Under the pieces are notes generated by a model. It saw only the letters and a list, made by a program, of their open reading frames with translations, was not told the DNA's origin and did no database searches. DNA of 64,000 bases from an uncultured bacterium (lineage in GTDB: Bacteria; Eisenbacteria; RBG-16-71-46; CAIMUX01). Shown here piece by piece: positions 47,401 to 60,147 of the stretch (position 1 is its first letter; each line of letters starts with the position of its first letter). The DNA lies in assembly GCA_964371055.1 (NCBI GenBank), contig CAYJLF010000001.1, positions 277,639 to 341,638 on the forward strand. Reading direction: 5' to 3'. A program made the translations under genes and the position numbers.

Positions 47401-47569
47401 GTCGTTCCTCCTCGCGGCGCCTGCGCCGCCGGCTCCGGGGTCTCGCGTATTGTGTTGACGAGCGCTTGGATGCCGGGATCGTCGGGGAGATCGGTGGAAT
47501 CGATCCGGCGACCTCCCGGGCGCGACGCCCCGCGCCCGGGAGCCGGCCGGCCCGGGACTGTGACCCCGG

Positions 47570-48238
47570 CTACGCGCCCGCCTGGCGGACCGCCTGGATG
47601 AAGACCTCGGCCGGCTGGGCACCGACGAAGTCGATCGTATCGTTGACCACGATCTTCGGGACGCCGGAGACGGAGTACTTCTGGATCATGTCGGGGAACT
47701 CGCTCACCTCGACGCAATCGGCCGTGATGCGCTCGTGAAGGATCGCCAGCTTGTGGGCCAACCTGGCCGCACGTGGGCAATAGGGTCAGGTCGGGGTCCC
47801 GAAGACCTGGATGTGGACATCCTTCCGCAGCACGCCGATCTCGTCGGCCACCTTGGGCGAAAGGTCGGTGGTGCCGTTTGCGACATCGACCAGGCTTTCG
47901 ATCAGGCTGGAGAACTCGTAGCCGGTCGGGATCCCGACGAACCGGACCCGCCCCTTCGCCTTGCCGCTCAGGGCGAAGGTCGGGATCCGGACGACGCCCA
48001 TCTCCCGGGCGCGATCGGCCTCGGAGACGAAGTCGTGCACGCGCAGCGTGATCTGACCGGAGAGGGCCGCGACCTCTTGCAGAAGTTGCGTCGTCTCACG
48101 GCAGTACTCGCACTCCTGGATCGGCATCTCCCCGGGGGAGGCCCCCTGGGTGAAGTGGTCGATCACGACCGGGTTCTTCAACTGCTTGGCGAAGTGATCG
48201 CGGATCGCCTTGCTGTCTTTCTCGGAAATCATCGGCAT
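47570..48238 (-). CDS. Two-domain thioredoxin-fold protein-disulfide oxidoreductase (Pyrococcus PDO / glutaredoxin-like family). The first active site is CEYC. The second reads U-P-Y-C, with an in-frame TGA (putative selenocysteine) replacing the first Cys of CPYC
   Basis: Track ORFs 47786..48238 and 47570..47761 are in the same frame, separated by one TGA plus 8 codons. The joined protein ...VHIQVFGTPT-TGA-PYCPRAARLAHKLAI... aligns to P. furiosus PDO ...VRILVFVTPTCPYCPLAVRMAHKFAI..., so the TGA falls exactly on the first Cys of the CPYC redox motif. Confidence 0.65.
47745..47788 (-). ncRNA. Putative bacterial SECIS element (intragenic mRNA hairpin immediately 3' of the in-frame UGA)
   Basis: The mRNA reads UGA CCC UAU UGC CCA C then GUGCGGCC-AGGUU-GGCCCAC. 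This gives a 7-bp GC-rich stem with one bulged C and a G/U-containing apical loop. The hairpin begins ~13 nt after the UGA, as in characterised bacterial SECIS elements. Confidence 0.45.
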
Positions 48239-48394
48239 GTCGCAACTCCTCCCTGGCCGGCCGCCGGCCGGTCCGTCCGGGCCCCTGGGTCCACGGGTCG
48301 GAAAGCTACCGCACCCTCACAGCCCCGCCAAGCGCCCGATTCCCAGCCGGCCGGGCGCGATCTGCATCCAACGGAATGCGCCTCAGCCGTCTCC

Positions 48395-48440
48395 GGCGGG
48401 TTGACGCCCCCGACGGCGCCCGGGATACTTCCCGATCAGA
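48395..48440 (+). promoter_or_regulatory. Candidate sigma70-type promoter for sod (TTGACG-N18-ATACTT) with an overlapping GGGAtactTCCC inverted repeat, in the divergent sod / Sec-PDO intergenic region
   Basis: ttgacgcccccgacggcgcccgggatacttcccgatc lies ~45 nt upstream of the sod ATG. By pattern only. Confidence 0.3.
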
Positions 48441-48483
48441 TCGTGGACCCCAAACGGCCCCGGGAGGGGGCAAGGAGACGACA

Positions 48484-49098
48484 ATGCCGGTCTATACGCT
48501 TCCGGACCTCAAGTACGACCATGGCCAGCTGGAGCCCCATCTGTCGGCGCGCATCCTGCAGCTCCACCATGACAAGCACCATCTCGCCTATGTCAACGGC
48601 GCGAACGAGACCCTGGAGAAGCTCGAAGAGGCGCGCAAGAGCGGGAACTTCGGTGCGATCAACGCGTTGGAGAAGAGCCTCGCGTTTCACATCTCGGGGC
48701 ACAAGCTCCACTCGATTCTCTGGACCAACATGAAGCCGCACGGCGGGGGCGATCCCACGGGCGACGTGAAGGGGCAGATCGAGGCGGACTTCGGCGGCTT
48801 CGAGGCGTTCCGCAAGCACTTCAACGCCGCCAGCGCCGGCGTCCAGGGCTCGGGCTGGGGCGTTCTCGCGTGGGAGCCGCTCGCCGGCCGTCTGATCATC
48901 AACCAGGTCTACGACCACCAGGGCGAGCACGCGCAGGGCAGCGTCCCGATCCTGGTCTGCGACGTCTGGGAGCACGCCTACTACCTGCAGTACGAGAACC
49001 GCCGCCCCGAGTGGATCACAGCTTTCTGGAACGTCATCAACTGGGACGACGTGAACCGCCGGTTGACCGAGGCGAAGCAGGGCAAATTCAGCATGTAA
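48484..49098 (+). CDS. sodA: Fe/Mn-family superoxide dismutase
   Basis: Metal ligands in LHHDKHH, ...D-VWEHAYY. AAGGAG Shine-Dalgarno sequence. Start trimmed to MPVYTLPDLKY. Confidence 0.9.
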   Translation: MPVYTLPDLKYDHGQLEPHLSARILQLHHDKHHLAYVNGANETLEKLEEARKSGNFGAINALEKSLAFHISGHKLHSILWTNMKPHGGGDPTGDVKGQIEADFGGFEAFRKHFNAASAGVQGSGWGVLAWEPLAGRLIINQVYDHQGEHAQGSVPILVCDVWEHAYYLQYENRRPEWITAFWNVINWDDVNRRLTEAKQGKFSM

Positions 49099-49112
49099 CG
49101 GTGTGATCCGGG

Positions 49113-49170
49113 TGCGGCTTCCCCTAACCACCCCGTGCAGCAAGGTGAAGGGAAGCCGCCCCGGGTACTC
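49113..49170. terminator. Perfect 10-bp GC-rich inverted repeat (GCGGCTTCCC ... GGGAAGCCGC) between the convergent sod and 49194..50066 genes; possible bidirectional terminator hairpin
   Basis: Seen directly in the sequence. The loop is ~27 nt and there is no obvious U-tract. Confidence 0.35.
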
Positions 49171-49193
49171 CCGCGACTTCCCCACTCGAACGC

Positions 49194-50066
49194 CTACTTC
49201 CCCGTTGCGGGCTCCGCGGCCGGTTCAGGTTTCCCCGCGTCTCCGGCCGGCTCCGTCCCGGCCGCCTTCTTCTTCTCGATGAGCGCCTTGATCTCGGCCG
49301 GCGGATCGAAGCGACCGTCCGGGATCGACACATTGTGCGCCACGCTGTCGGTGACGAACTCCATGACCTGCATCCCGTTCATGACCGATTGCTTCATCCG
49401 GAACGGGATCTGCAAGCCATCGACCTCGCGGTAGTCGGAGAAGAACACGTCGACCGGGAATGTTCCCTGGTCGGTCGTGATCTTCATCGCGGCCTTGACC
49501 TGCATCCCGCTCTCGCGGTCGAACCACCAGGTCTCGGGCGCTCCCTGGTTGGGGGTCATCGTGACCTTCCAGGCCGGCCGGCCGTCGATCGTGTCCACCC
49601 CCGCAGTCTCCGCCGTCTTGAACCACGCGCGCCAGTTGCTGAGCCCCTCGAAGTCAGCTTCCCGCCGAGCGAGCGTGAGCTCTTCCCCATCCTTGAGTTT
49701 GGAGCCGGACATGGCATTCGACTCCCAGTACCAGGTGCCATCGCCGCCGGACTGCATCGGTCCCAGCGCCTCCGACTCCATCATCGTGAAGGTGGAGGCG
49801 GGTCGAGCGGACCAGGAGGTCATGGTCGCCTTGAGGCCCATCGCCGGGATCTCCATCGAACCCTTCATCCAGCGGTTCTCGAGCCTCTTCATCGCGTCCG
49901 CTCCGCCCGCGGCCTGGACCGCCTTCTGGATGATCGTCTCACCCGGGGGCAGTTCATCCGCCGACCCCGGGGCCGCCCACCCCGTGCCGAGGACCGCGAT
50001 CGCAAATCCGATCGCGATGACGCCTGCTCGCCGACTCCACCCCATCCGCCCGCGCGTTCCCTTCAT
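49194..50066 (-). CDS. Hypothetical secreted protein (signal peptide; possibly a LolA-like / outer-membrane lipoprotein-sorting fold)
   Basis: Signal peptide MKGTRGRMGWSRRAGVIAIGFAIAVLGTGWAAPGSA. Lys/Glu-rich acidic C-terminal tail. No confident family. Confidence 0.4.
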   Translation of the reverse strand: MKGTRGRMGWSRRAGVIAIGFAIAVLGTGWAAPGSADELPPGETIIQKAVQAAGGADAMKRLENRWMKGSMEIPAMGLKATMTSWSARPASTFTMMESEALGPMQSGGDGTWYWESNAMSGSKLKDGEELTLARREADFEGLSNWRAWFKTAETAGVDTIDGRPAWKVTMTPNQGAPETWWFDRESGMQVKAAMKITTDQGTFPVDVFFSDYREVDGLQIPFRMKQSVMNGMQVMEFVTDSVAHNVSIPDGRFDPPAEIKALIEKKKAAGTEPAGDAGKPEPAAEPATGK

Positions 50067-50086
50067 CGTTCCTCCTCCTCGTTGAT

Positions 50087-51427
50087 TCAGTGCCCTTCCC
50101 GCATCCAGACCAGAGCCGCCTCCAGCACCGCATCCCGCCCCGAGAGCAGGACGTCCCGCCGGAGCCCCACCGTCACGTCGGGCGCCACTCCGATCCCTTC
50201 GAGGCGCGCTCCGCCGTCCGACACGTAGTCGGCGAAAGCGTATTGGAACCCGTCGCCGTTCGGCAGTTTCTCGATCGCCGACGGCAAGGCCGCGCCGGCG
50301 GTCGTCGATCCGAAGAGCCTCGCTCGACCGAGATCGTGCAACCCTGCCGCCAGGATCTCCGAGGTGGAGGCCGACAGCCCATCGATCAGGACGGCCGCCG
50401 CGCCGCCATAGGTCTTCGCCCTCGGGTTGACCGTGAACTTGATTTCGTTGTCGCGGGTCTTCATGACCCCGAGGCGCCGGCCCTCTCCTTCGACCAGCCA
50501 GCTCGCCATCCCCATCGCCATCGCGCCGATCCCGCCGGGGTTGCCCCGCAGGTCGATGATCACTCCCTTGGTGTCGGCGAACGATTCCATCGCATCGTTG
50601 AAACCCGCCATCACTGTTCCGGGATCGAGGAAGATGGGAAACCGGATGTACCCGATCTCCCCCTCCAGCCGGCGGCTTTCGATCCAGGCGTGGATCGGAG
50701 GGAGGTTGCCGAACTGGGAGCGGTTCCCGCGCGGCGCCACCAGCGGCAAGGTCCGTTTGACTTCCTGATCGTCTCCGCCGAGGAAGCGTGCTTCGATCTC
50801 ACCCCCGACCGGTCCTCCGATCCAGGAACGCAGCGCCATCGTCATCATGAGCTCGCGGGTCGTTTCCTCTTCGAAGTGGGCCTGCACCCGCGCCAGCGTC
50901 GGTTCGATCTCCCGCCGGCCCGCCCGCACCAGCACCCACCCCGGCTTGACGCCGAGACTTTCCGCCGGCGATCCGGGGACGACCTCCACCACCACCGCCC
51001 GTCCGTCGACCAGGCGGAAGTCGAGGCCGCACGTCCCCTCGCCTCCTGCGTGCCCCGCCATGTCCTCGTAGACATCCGTCGGGATGATGCCGAAGTGCGA
51101 AAGGCCAAGGGTGTCGATCAGGGAGGTCATCGCCGCGCGTGACTCGGCGCGGGTCACGGCCTGCTCGACGCGCGGGCGGAAGAGGTCGCGGATCGCGTTC
51201 CAGTCGAGCCCGCCGAGTCCGGGGTCGTAGTGCTTGTCCCGGATCGTGGTCCAGACCTGGTCGAAGGAGCGCACCTCGAGTTCGCGCTCTTCGGGAGTGA
51301 GGGGCGCGACGCGCGGAGCGTGCGCACAGGCCAGGACGAACCCGGCAGTGACCACTAGGGTGGAAAGGAGCGCGGGTCGCGGGTAGATCCACCGCAGTTC
51401 CCGCCTCGCGCCGGCACCGTGACTCAT
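50087..51427 (-). CDS. S41-family C-terminal processing peptidase (tail-specific protease-like, with a PDZ-like domain)
   Basis: GVIIDLRGNPGG hallmark of S41 peptidases, with the catalytic Ser/Lys region. Lipoprotein-type signal LVVTAGFVLACA. Confidence 0.8.
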   Translation of the reverse strand: MSHGAGARRELRWIYPRPALLSTLVVTAGFVLACAHAPRVAPLTPEERELEVRSFDQVWTTIRDKHYDPGLGGLDWNAIRDLFRPRVEQAVTRAESRAAMTSLIDTLGLSHFGIIPTDVYEDMAGHAGGEGTCGLDFRLVDGRAVVVEVVPGSPAESLGVKPGWVLVRAGRREIEPTLARVQAHFEEETTRELMMTMALRSWIGGPVGGEIEARFLGGDDQEVKRTLPLVAPRGNRSQFGNLPPIHAWIESRRLEGEIGYIRFPIFLDPGTVMAGFNDAMESFADTKGVIIDLRGNPGGIGAMAMGMASWLVEGEGRRLGVMKTRDNEIKFTVNPRAKTYGGAAAVLIDGLSASTSEILAAGLHDLGRARLFGSTTAGAALPSAIEKLPNGDGFQYAFADYVSDGGARLEGIGVAPDVTVGLRRDVLLSGRDAVLEAALVWMREGH

Positions 51428-51827
51428 GCTTGGGCCTCCCGGCGGACCGTCCGCCAGTGATAGAGGTAGAGGGGAATCCCGACCAGGAGAAGGGCGAGAT
51501 TCTGGGCCGCCGCCCGCTCCCGGCGGGACCTTACGGGATCGATCCGCCGTCCGGTTTCCTCCCAGCGGCGGTAATCCTCCACCCAGGCGCGCAAGGTCGC
51601 CCGGTCACCGGCCTCCAGGGTGCTGTCCGCCGCCGCCGCCCGTGCGCGAAGCGGGTCCGGCGGCATCGGCGGCATCTTCTCGTGCCAGGCCTGCTCGCGC
51701 TCCGCCGCGGTGAAGACCGCCGCCTTGAGCGCCAGGTCCAGCATGCCGACCGCCCCGATGACGGCGAGGACGAGGCCGACGACGCTGAAGATGTAGAGAT
51801 AGACCACTCGGATCACACGCGGAGCAC

Positions 51828-51831
<4 letters not shown>
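51424..51831 (-). CDS. Small two-TM membrane protein, unknown function; 4-nt overlap with the downstream S41 peptidase gene
   Basis: Hydrophobic N-terminal (VVYLYIFSVVGLVLAVIGAVGML) and C-terminal (LALLLVGIPLYLYHW) segments. The overlap suggests translational coupling. Confidence 0.35.
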
Positions 51832-55508
<3,677 letters not shown>

Positions 55509-55515
55509 CCCCGGG

Positions 55516-56460
55516 CTACCCGGCCGGAATCGACTCCAGGTCCGCGAGGACGATCTGCCGGTCCTGTTCGTCCACGATGTCGCGGGCCGCCGCCCGGGCC
55601 CGGTCGAGCCAGCCGGAACTGGCCGCCCGGTCTCCGGCCAGCGCGGTCGCGCGAGCCATCGCCTCGTAGGCGAAGGCGAGATCGAAGCCGCCGAGGCCGT
55701 GGGCCTCGGTGATCTCGAGGCAGAGACGCGCGTGGACCAGGGCCGGCTCCGACCGCCGGAGCACGCAGTAGACCCGCGACACCTGCCATTCGCCGCGAGC
55801 GAAGTGGACCGGCTCTCCGATCGCTCCCCAGTGGTGCCGGGAGGCGTGGGCGCCGTGCAGCATCTCCGACGTCTCCGCCGGCGAGCGTTCGGCCTTGTCC
55901 ATCAACTCCCAGACCCGGTTGAACGCGTTCACGGCGAAGCGCCGGTGGTAACCCCGCTCGACCTGCTTGCGCAGCAGCGCGATTTGTCCGCCGTGATAGG
56001 CCAGGTGTTGAGCCACGCCATGCAGCACGACCTGCCAGGTCACGCCGATCCCCAGCGGCGCGTCTCTCTCCCCGCCGGCGACCTCGTCGAGGCGATGCTC
56101 GGGGAAGCGCGCGAGGGCCCGATGCAGAGCCTCCTGCGCGACGAAGAGCTCCTCCACCGCCACGGCCCACGCCTCCGGTCCAGTCTCCCCGGCCTTGGGC
56201 CAGTCACCATCCGCGGGCAAGCGCGGCACGCCACCTTCCAGCCGGCTCGTCACTTCGCGAGCCCACCCGGTGAGGTGGAGCACGATCTCCCAGATCGAGT
56301 GCGCTTCCGGGATCGGCAGGGCTGCCGCAGTCGTGGCCTCGATACCGGCCAGCACCTGGCGCAGGGACGGCCCGTGCCACGCATCTCCCTCCGTGGCCCG
56401 TCGCAACTCATCACGGAGCCGATCGATCTCACTCATGGTCTCTCCCGCGGAGGCCGGCAT
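55516..56460 (-). CDS. DinB-family (DUF664/DinB_2 four-helix-bundle metalloenzyme-like) protein with an extra C-terminal domain
   Basis: N-terminal DinB_2-like pattern with conserved His positions (WEIVLHLTGW...HLAYHGGQI). The C-terminal ~150 aa are uncharacterised. Confidence 0.55.
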   Translation of the reverse strand: MPASAGETMSEIDRLRDELRRATEGDAWHGPSLRQVLAGIEATTAAALPIPEAHSIWEIVLHLTGWAREVTSRLEGGVPRLPADGDWPKAGETGPEAWAVAVEELFVAQEALHRALARFPEHRLDEVAGGERDAPLGIGVTWQVVLHGVAQHLAYHGGQIALLRKQVERGYHRRFAVNAFNRVWELMDKAERSPAETSEMLHGAHASRHHWGAIGEPVHFARGEWQVSRVYCVLRRSEPALVHARLCLEITEAHGLGGFDLAFAYEAMARATALAGDRAASSGWLDRARAAARDIVDEQDRQIVLADLESIPAG

Positions 56461-56596
56461 CTCGGATCGGACCAGAACCTGTGACGCGCTCGTGCACGCC
56501 CCGAAACTAGGAAATCTCTGCCCGAACGGTCAATGGAGGTCGCACGTGGAGGTGACTTGCGCCGCAGATCGGACTGACTCTCTCAGAATCAGAATC

Positions 56597-58948
56597 TCAA
56601 TCCCGTCGCGCCTTTCCACTCCGGTAGAGCGCCTGCCGCGCGTCGATCCGCTCGGCGAGATCCGCCTGCCCGAGTTCTCGCGCCAGGGCCGCGGCGCGGG
56701 CCGCCGTGGTCACGGCGTCGTCGAACCGTCCCGCCTCGGCCTGCGCGGCCGCCAGCAGATCGAGCGCCTGCGGATCGCGCTCGCCCGACAGCCGCGCGAC
56801 CTGTTCGGCCAGCGCCACCGCTCGAGATCCGTTGCGCAGCGCCGGATCCGGGTGGGTCGCGTAGAGGAGCGCCAGAGGGACCAGCGTGCGCAGCCGCACC
56901 GGATCATGGCGGAGGATCTCCTCCATCTCGCGGGCCGCCTCCGCCGCACGCCCCTCGCGGAGACAGAGGGTGGCCAGGTTCTGACGTGCGGCCAGGTGCC
57001 CGGGATCCCGCGCCAGCACGCGCCGGAAGATCGCTTCCGCCTCGGCGAGATCGCCCTGCTGCGCCCGGGCCAGACCCAGGTTGTACTCGGCGTCCGCCGT
57101 GCCCGGCTCGATGGCCCGCGCCGTGTCCATCGCCCGGGCCGCTTCCTCCAGCCGCCCCAGCTCCGCCAACGCCACGCCGAGGTTGTTCCAGCCCCGCGCG
57201 TTCTTCGGATCGAGTCCCAGACCTCGCCGGTAGGCATCCACCGCCCCCTCGAGATCACCCTCTGCCTTGCAGAGTTCCCCGAGCTTGAAGTGGGTCAGAG
57301 CGCGGTCCGGCTCGAGGGTCAGCGCGCGCGCGAAACTCGCCCGGGCGGAGCTTGCGTCCGACTCGATCGTCTGCAGCACTCCCTGCAGATGCCAGGCGTT
57401 GCCGTTGGCCGGATCGAGTTCCTGCGCCCGCCGCAGGTGCGCGCGGATCCGCTCCCGCGCCTCCGGCGATCCGGCTCTTTCGAGGCGATCGAGCTGGGCG
57501 GCCGCCAGGTTGGCGTGGTTGATCGAGCGAAACGGTTCGGTCCGGGCGAGCGGAAGGTTGGCGACGATCGCGGCCGCGAGGAGCGCGAGCCCGGCTTTGA
57601 TCACAAGCCCGCCACGCATCCGGCGCCACTCTCCCTCGACCACGAACGCCACGCTGGCCGCGGCAAAGGGAAGGACGAGCGGCACCAGCGGCAGTCGGTA
57701 ACGGGAAACGATGAAGAAGGCGACGAGCCCCGCCAGGTAGACCAGGCCGAGCGCATGCAGGATCCAGAGGGTGCGGCGCGCCGGCCAGGTCAGCACGAGT
57801 CCCGCCGCGACCAACGGCAACAGGATGCCAAAGGACATGGTCGGAAGGAGCAGGCGTAGCACTCGCGACTCCTCGGCCGCGGTGTAGAGATCCTCCGTGT
57901 CCCCCAGTTCGACGACGTTGAGCGCCAGGAGCAGTTTGCGCCCGGTCAGCGCCAGCCATCTTCCGGGATGGCTCCGGATGAACTGCACCGCCTGGTCCAT
58001 CCAATGGCGCGACACCTCCCCCGGGGTCAGTGCGCGGCCGCGCGCTTCTTCCGCCAGGCGGACGGCATCGGCCCGCTCGTAGCGGGCGTCGCCCCTCCCG
58101 GTGAGCAGGGGAACGTAGCTGCCATTGGCGCGGGCGTGATTGCCGATGTAGAAGTTGGGACCGGCCTGCGCGGTCGTCAGCGTGAACTCACCGCCGACCA
58201 CGCCGTTGCGGATGCTGACGGGCAGCACGATTGCCAACCACCCGGCCAGCAGCATGGCCGGGGCGAACCAGCTTCGTCGCGGGGCGGCCGGCCCGAGCCA
58301 GACGATCCAGCCGAGGACGACCGGGAGGAAAAGGAGCGAGTTCTCGCGGGTCAAGGCGAGTAACCCGAGCGCCAGACCGGAGACGGTAGGCGCGAGCCAG
58401 GGCCGGCGCCATCCCCCACGCTGGTGCCGGGCCAGGGCCGCCAGCAGGGCCGGGAGCAGGAAGAGATCGAGCGATGTCTTCTGCAGCGTTCCATCGAAGA
58501 AGATCGCCGACGGGTGGAGCGCGAGAAGCAACCCGGCCGCCACGCCGGCGATGCGAGCCCGCCGCTCCGATCCCGCCACCGCGAAAAAGTCACGGGTCGC
58601 GCCGGCCAGCAGCGCGCATCCGACCGACCCGAGGACGATCTGCACTCCCTTCACCGCCGTCACCGAGGGACCGAGAATCCCGTAGACCGCGGCCAGGAAG
58701 TAGGGATAGAGGGGCGCTTGGTAGAAGACCTCGCGCGTCCCCTCTCCGGCCAGGATCCGGCGGGCCCACTCGTCATAGACCCGGGCATCCCCGAGCAGCA
58801 GGGAGAAGGCATCGGTGCGGGCATGTGCCAGCAGGTAGATCACGCGTGCGAGGAGTGCGATGACGGCGACGCCCAAGACCAGCCAGCGCCACCCGAACCG
58901 GTTCGACCGGGGGGGCACGTCCGTTCTCCGGGAACCGGTTTCCGTCAT
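56597..58948 (-). CDS. Glycosyltransferase family 39 (PMT/ArnT-like, GT-C fold) membrane protein fused to a C-terminal TPR-repeat domain
   Basis: N-terminal ~500 aa has 11+ TM helices with ...YDEWARRILAGEG...FYQAPLYPYFLAAVYGILG... ArnT/PMT-like loop 1. C-terminal ~280 aa carries about seven TPR repeats. Confidence 0.7.
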   Translation of the reverse strand: MTETGSRRTDVPPRSNRFGWRWLVLGVAVIALLARVIYLLAHARTDAFSLLLGDARVYDEWARRILAGEGTREVFYQAPLYPYFLAAVYGILGPSVTAVKGVQIVLGSVGCALLAGATRDFFAVAGSERRARIAGVAAGLLLALHPSAIFFDGTLQKTSLDLFLLPALLAALARHQRGGWRRPWLAPTVSGLALGLLALTRENSLLFLPVVLGWIVWLGPAAPRRSWFAPAMLLAGWLAIVLPVSIRNGVVGGEFTLTTAQAGPNFYIGNHARANGSYVPLLTGRGDARYERADAVRLAEEARGRALTPGEVSRHWMDQAVQFIRSHPGRWLALTGRKLLLALNVVELGDTEDLYTAAEESRVLRLLLPTMSFGILLPLVAAGLVLTWPARRTLWILHALGLVYLAGLVAFFIVSRYRLPLVPLVLPFAAASVAFVVEGEWRRMRGGLVIKAGLALLAAAIVANLPLARTEPFRSINHANLAAAQLDRLERAGSPEARERIRAHLRRAQELDPANGNAWHLQGVLQTIESDASSARASFARALTLEPDRALTHFKLGELCKAEGDLEGAVDAYRRGLGLDPKNARGWNNLGVALAELGRLEEAARAMDTARAIEPGTADAEYNLGLARAQQGDLAEAEAIFRRVLARDPGHLAARQNLATLCLREGRAAEAAREMEEILRHDPVRLRTLVPLALLYATHPDPALRNGSRAVALAEQVARLSGERDPQALDLLAAAQAEAGRFDDAVTTAARAAALARELGQADLAERIDARQALYRSGKARRD

Positions 58949-59059
58949 CGGTCGCGACTCCATCCGCGGTTCGCCTGCCTGCCACCATCGGGCGTCCTGC
59001 GTGTCCGACGCGCGCGAGCCCGCCCGCGGGTCAGACTAGCAGATCCCCCGCGAACGACG

Positions 59060-60118
59060 TCATCCCCTCGCCGGGTCGCCGGCTCCCCCCGACCACGATC
59101 GTGGTCCCAGTCCTTCATAGATCCGGCGGACGATCTCCTCGATCTCCTCCTCCTGCACGATCAGATCGCGGATCCGGTGCTGCTGCAGGAGAGATGTCAT
59201 CGTCCCCGCCAGGTCAGCGTTCCGAGGCTCGACCAGGAGGTGGACACGGCCCCCCTCCCGCCGGAGCAGACGGGTCCCGGGGAGCTCGACCGCGTCCGAG
59301 GCATCCTCCAGGTCGATGATCAGCACCCGCCCCCCGCCGAAGCGCGCGCGCAGTTCCGCCAGCGCGCCGTCGAACATGATCCGCCCGTGGTCGATGATCA
59401 CCACCCGCTCGCACAGCTTCTCGACGTCGCCCAGGTCATGGGTGGTCAGGATCACGGTCGTCCCCTCCTCCCGGTTGACCTCACGGATGAAGCGACGGAT
59501 CCGGTCCTTGGCCACGACATCCAGTCCGATGGTCGGCTCGTCCAGGAAGAGAAGATCCGGATCGTGCAGCAAGGCGCCCGCCAGATCGGCCCGCATCCGC
59601 TGGCCCAGGCTGAGCGACCGGACCGGCGTGTGCCAGAGAGGCCCGAGGCCGAGCAGATCCTCGAACCGTCGCAGGTGCTGCCGGTAGCGATCAGCGGGCA
59701 CGTGATAGATGTGCCGCAGAAGCTCCATCGATTCGATCACCGGGAGATCCCACCAGAGCCCGGTACGCTGGCCGAAGACGACCCCGAGGCGGCGGGTATG
59801 CTCGATCCGCTCTTTCCACGGGATCCGCCCCTGTACCCGCACCGAACCTCCGGTCGGCACGAGGATCCCGGTCAGAATCTTGATCGTGGTCGACTTGCCG
59901 GCGCCGTTCGGGCCGAGATACCCCACGAGCTCGCCTCGCCGCACGCGCAGCGACACGCCGTCCACCGCCTTCACCGTCTGGTACTCTCGCGTCACGAGGT
60001 TTTGGACCGCGCCCCAGGCGCCCCGATGATGCCGATAGACGCGGAACTCCTGACAGAGCCCGTCGATCTCGATCAAGTCGCGGTCGCCTCCCGGCGGTGC
60101 AACTCGGGCTTCGCGCAT
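59060..60118 (-). CDS. ABC transporter ATP-binding protein (ABC-2 type)
   Basis: Walker A GPNGAGKST, LSLGQRMRADLAGAL, LLFLDEPTIGLD and TTHD. GGAAGGAG Shine-Dalgarno sequence. The track ORF is trimmed by 139 aa. Confidence 0.85.
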   Translation of the reverse strand: MREARVAPPGGDRDLIEIDGLCQEFRVYRHHRGAWGAVQNLVTREYQTVKAVDGVSLRVRRGELVGYLGPNGAGKSTTIKILTGILVPTGGSVRVQGRIPWKERIEHTRRLGVVFGQRTGLWWDLPVIESMELLRHIYHVPADRYRQHLRRFEDLLGLGPLWHTPVRSLSLGQRMRADLAGALLHDPDLLFLDEPTIGLDVVAKDRIRRFIREVNREEGTTVILTTHDLGDVEKLCERVVIIDHGRIMFDGALAELRARFGGGRVLIIDLEDASDAVELPGTRLLRREGGRVHLLVEPRNADLAGTMTSLLQQHRIRDLIVQEEEIEEIVRRIYEGLGPRSWSGGAGDPARG

Positions 60119-60147
60119 CGTGACTCCTTCCCGGCCGGCCGGGCCGC

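Noticed and set aside
47762-47788. Reading the TGA between the two thioredoxin-fold ORFs as a genuine stop, pseudogene or frameshift
   Set aside because: - Both halves are in the same frame with no indel.
- The TGA coincides exactly with the first Cys codon of the CPYC motif when aligned to PDO homologs.
- A SECIS-like hairpin follows at the expected distance.
- A sequencing error (TGC to TGA) cannot be excluded without reads, so the selenoprotein call is kept at moderate confidence.
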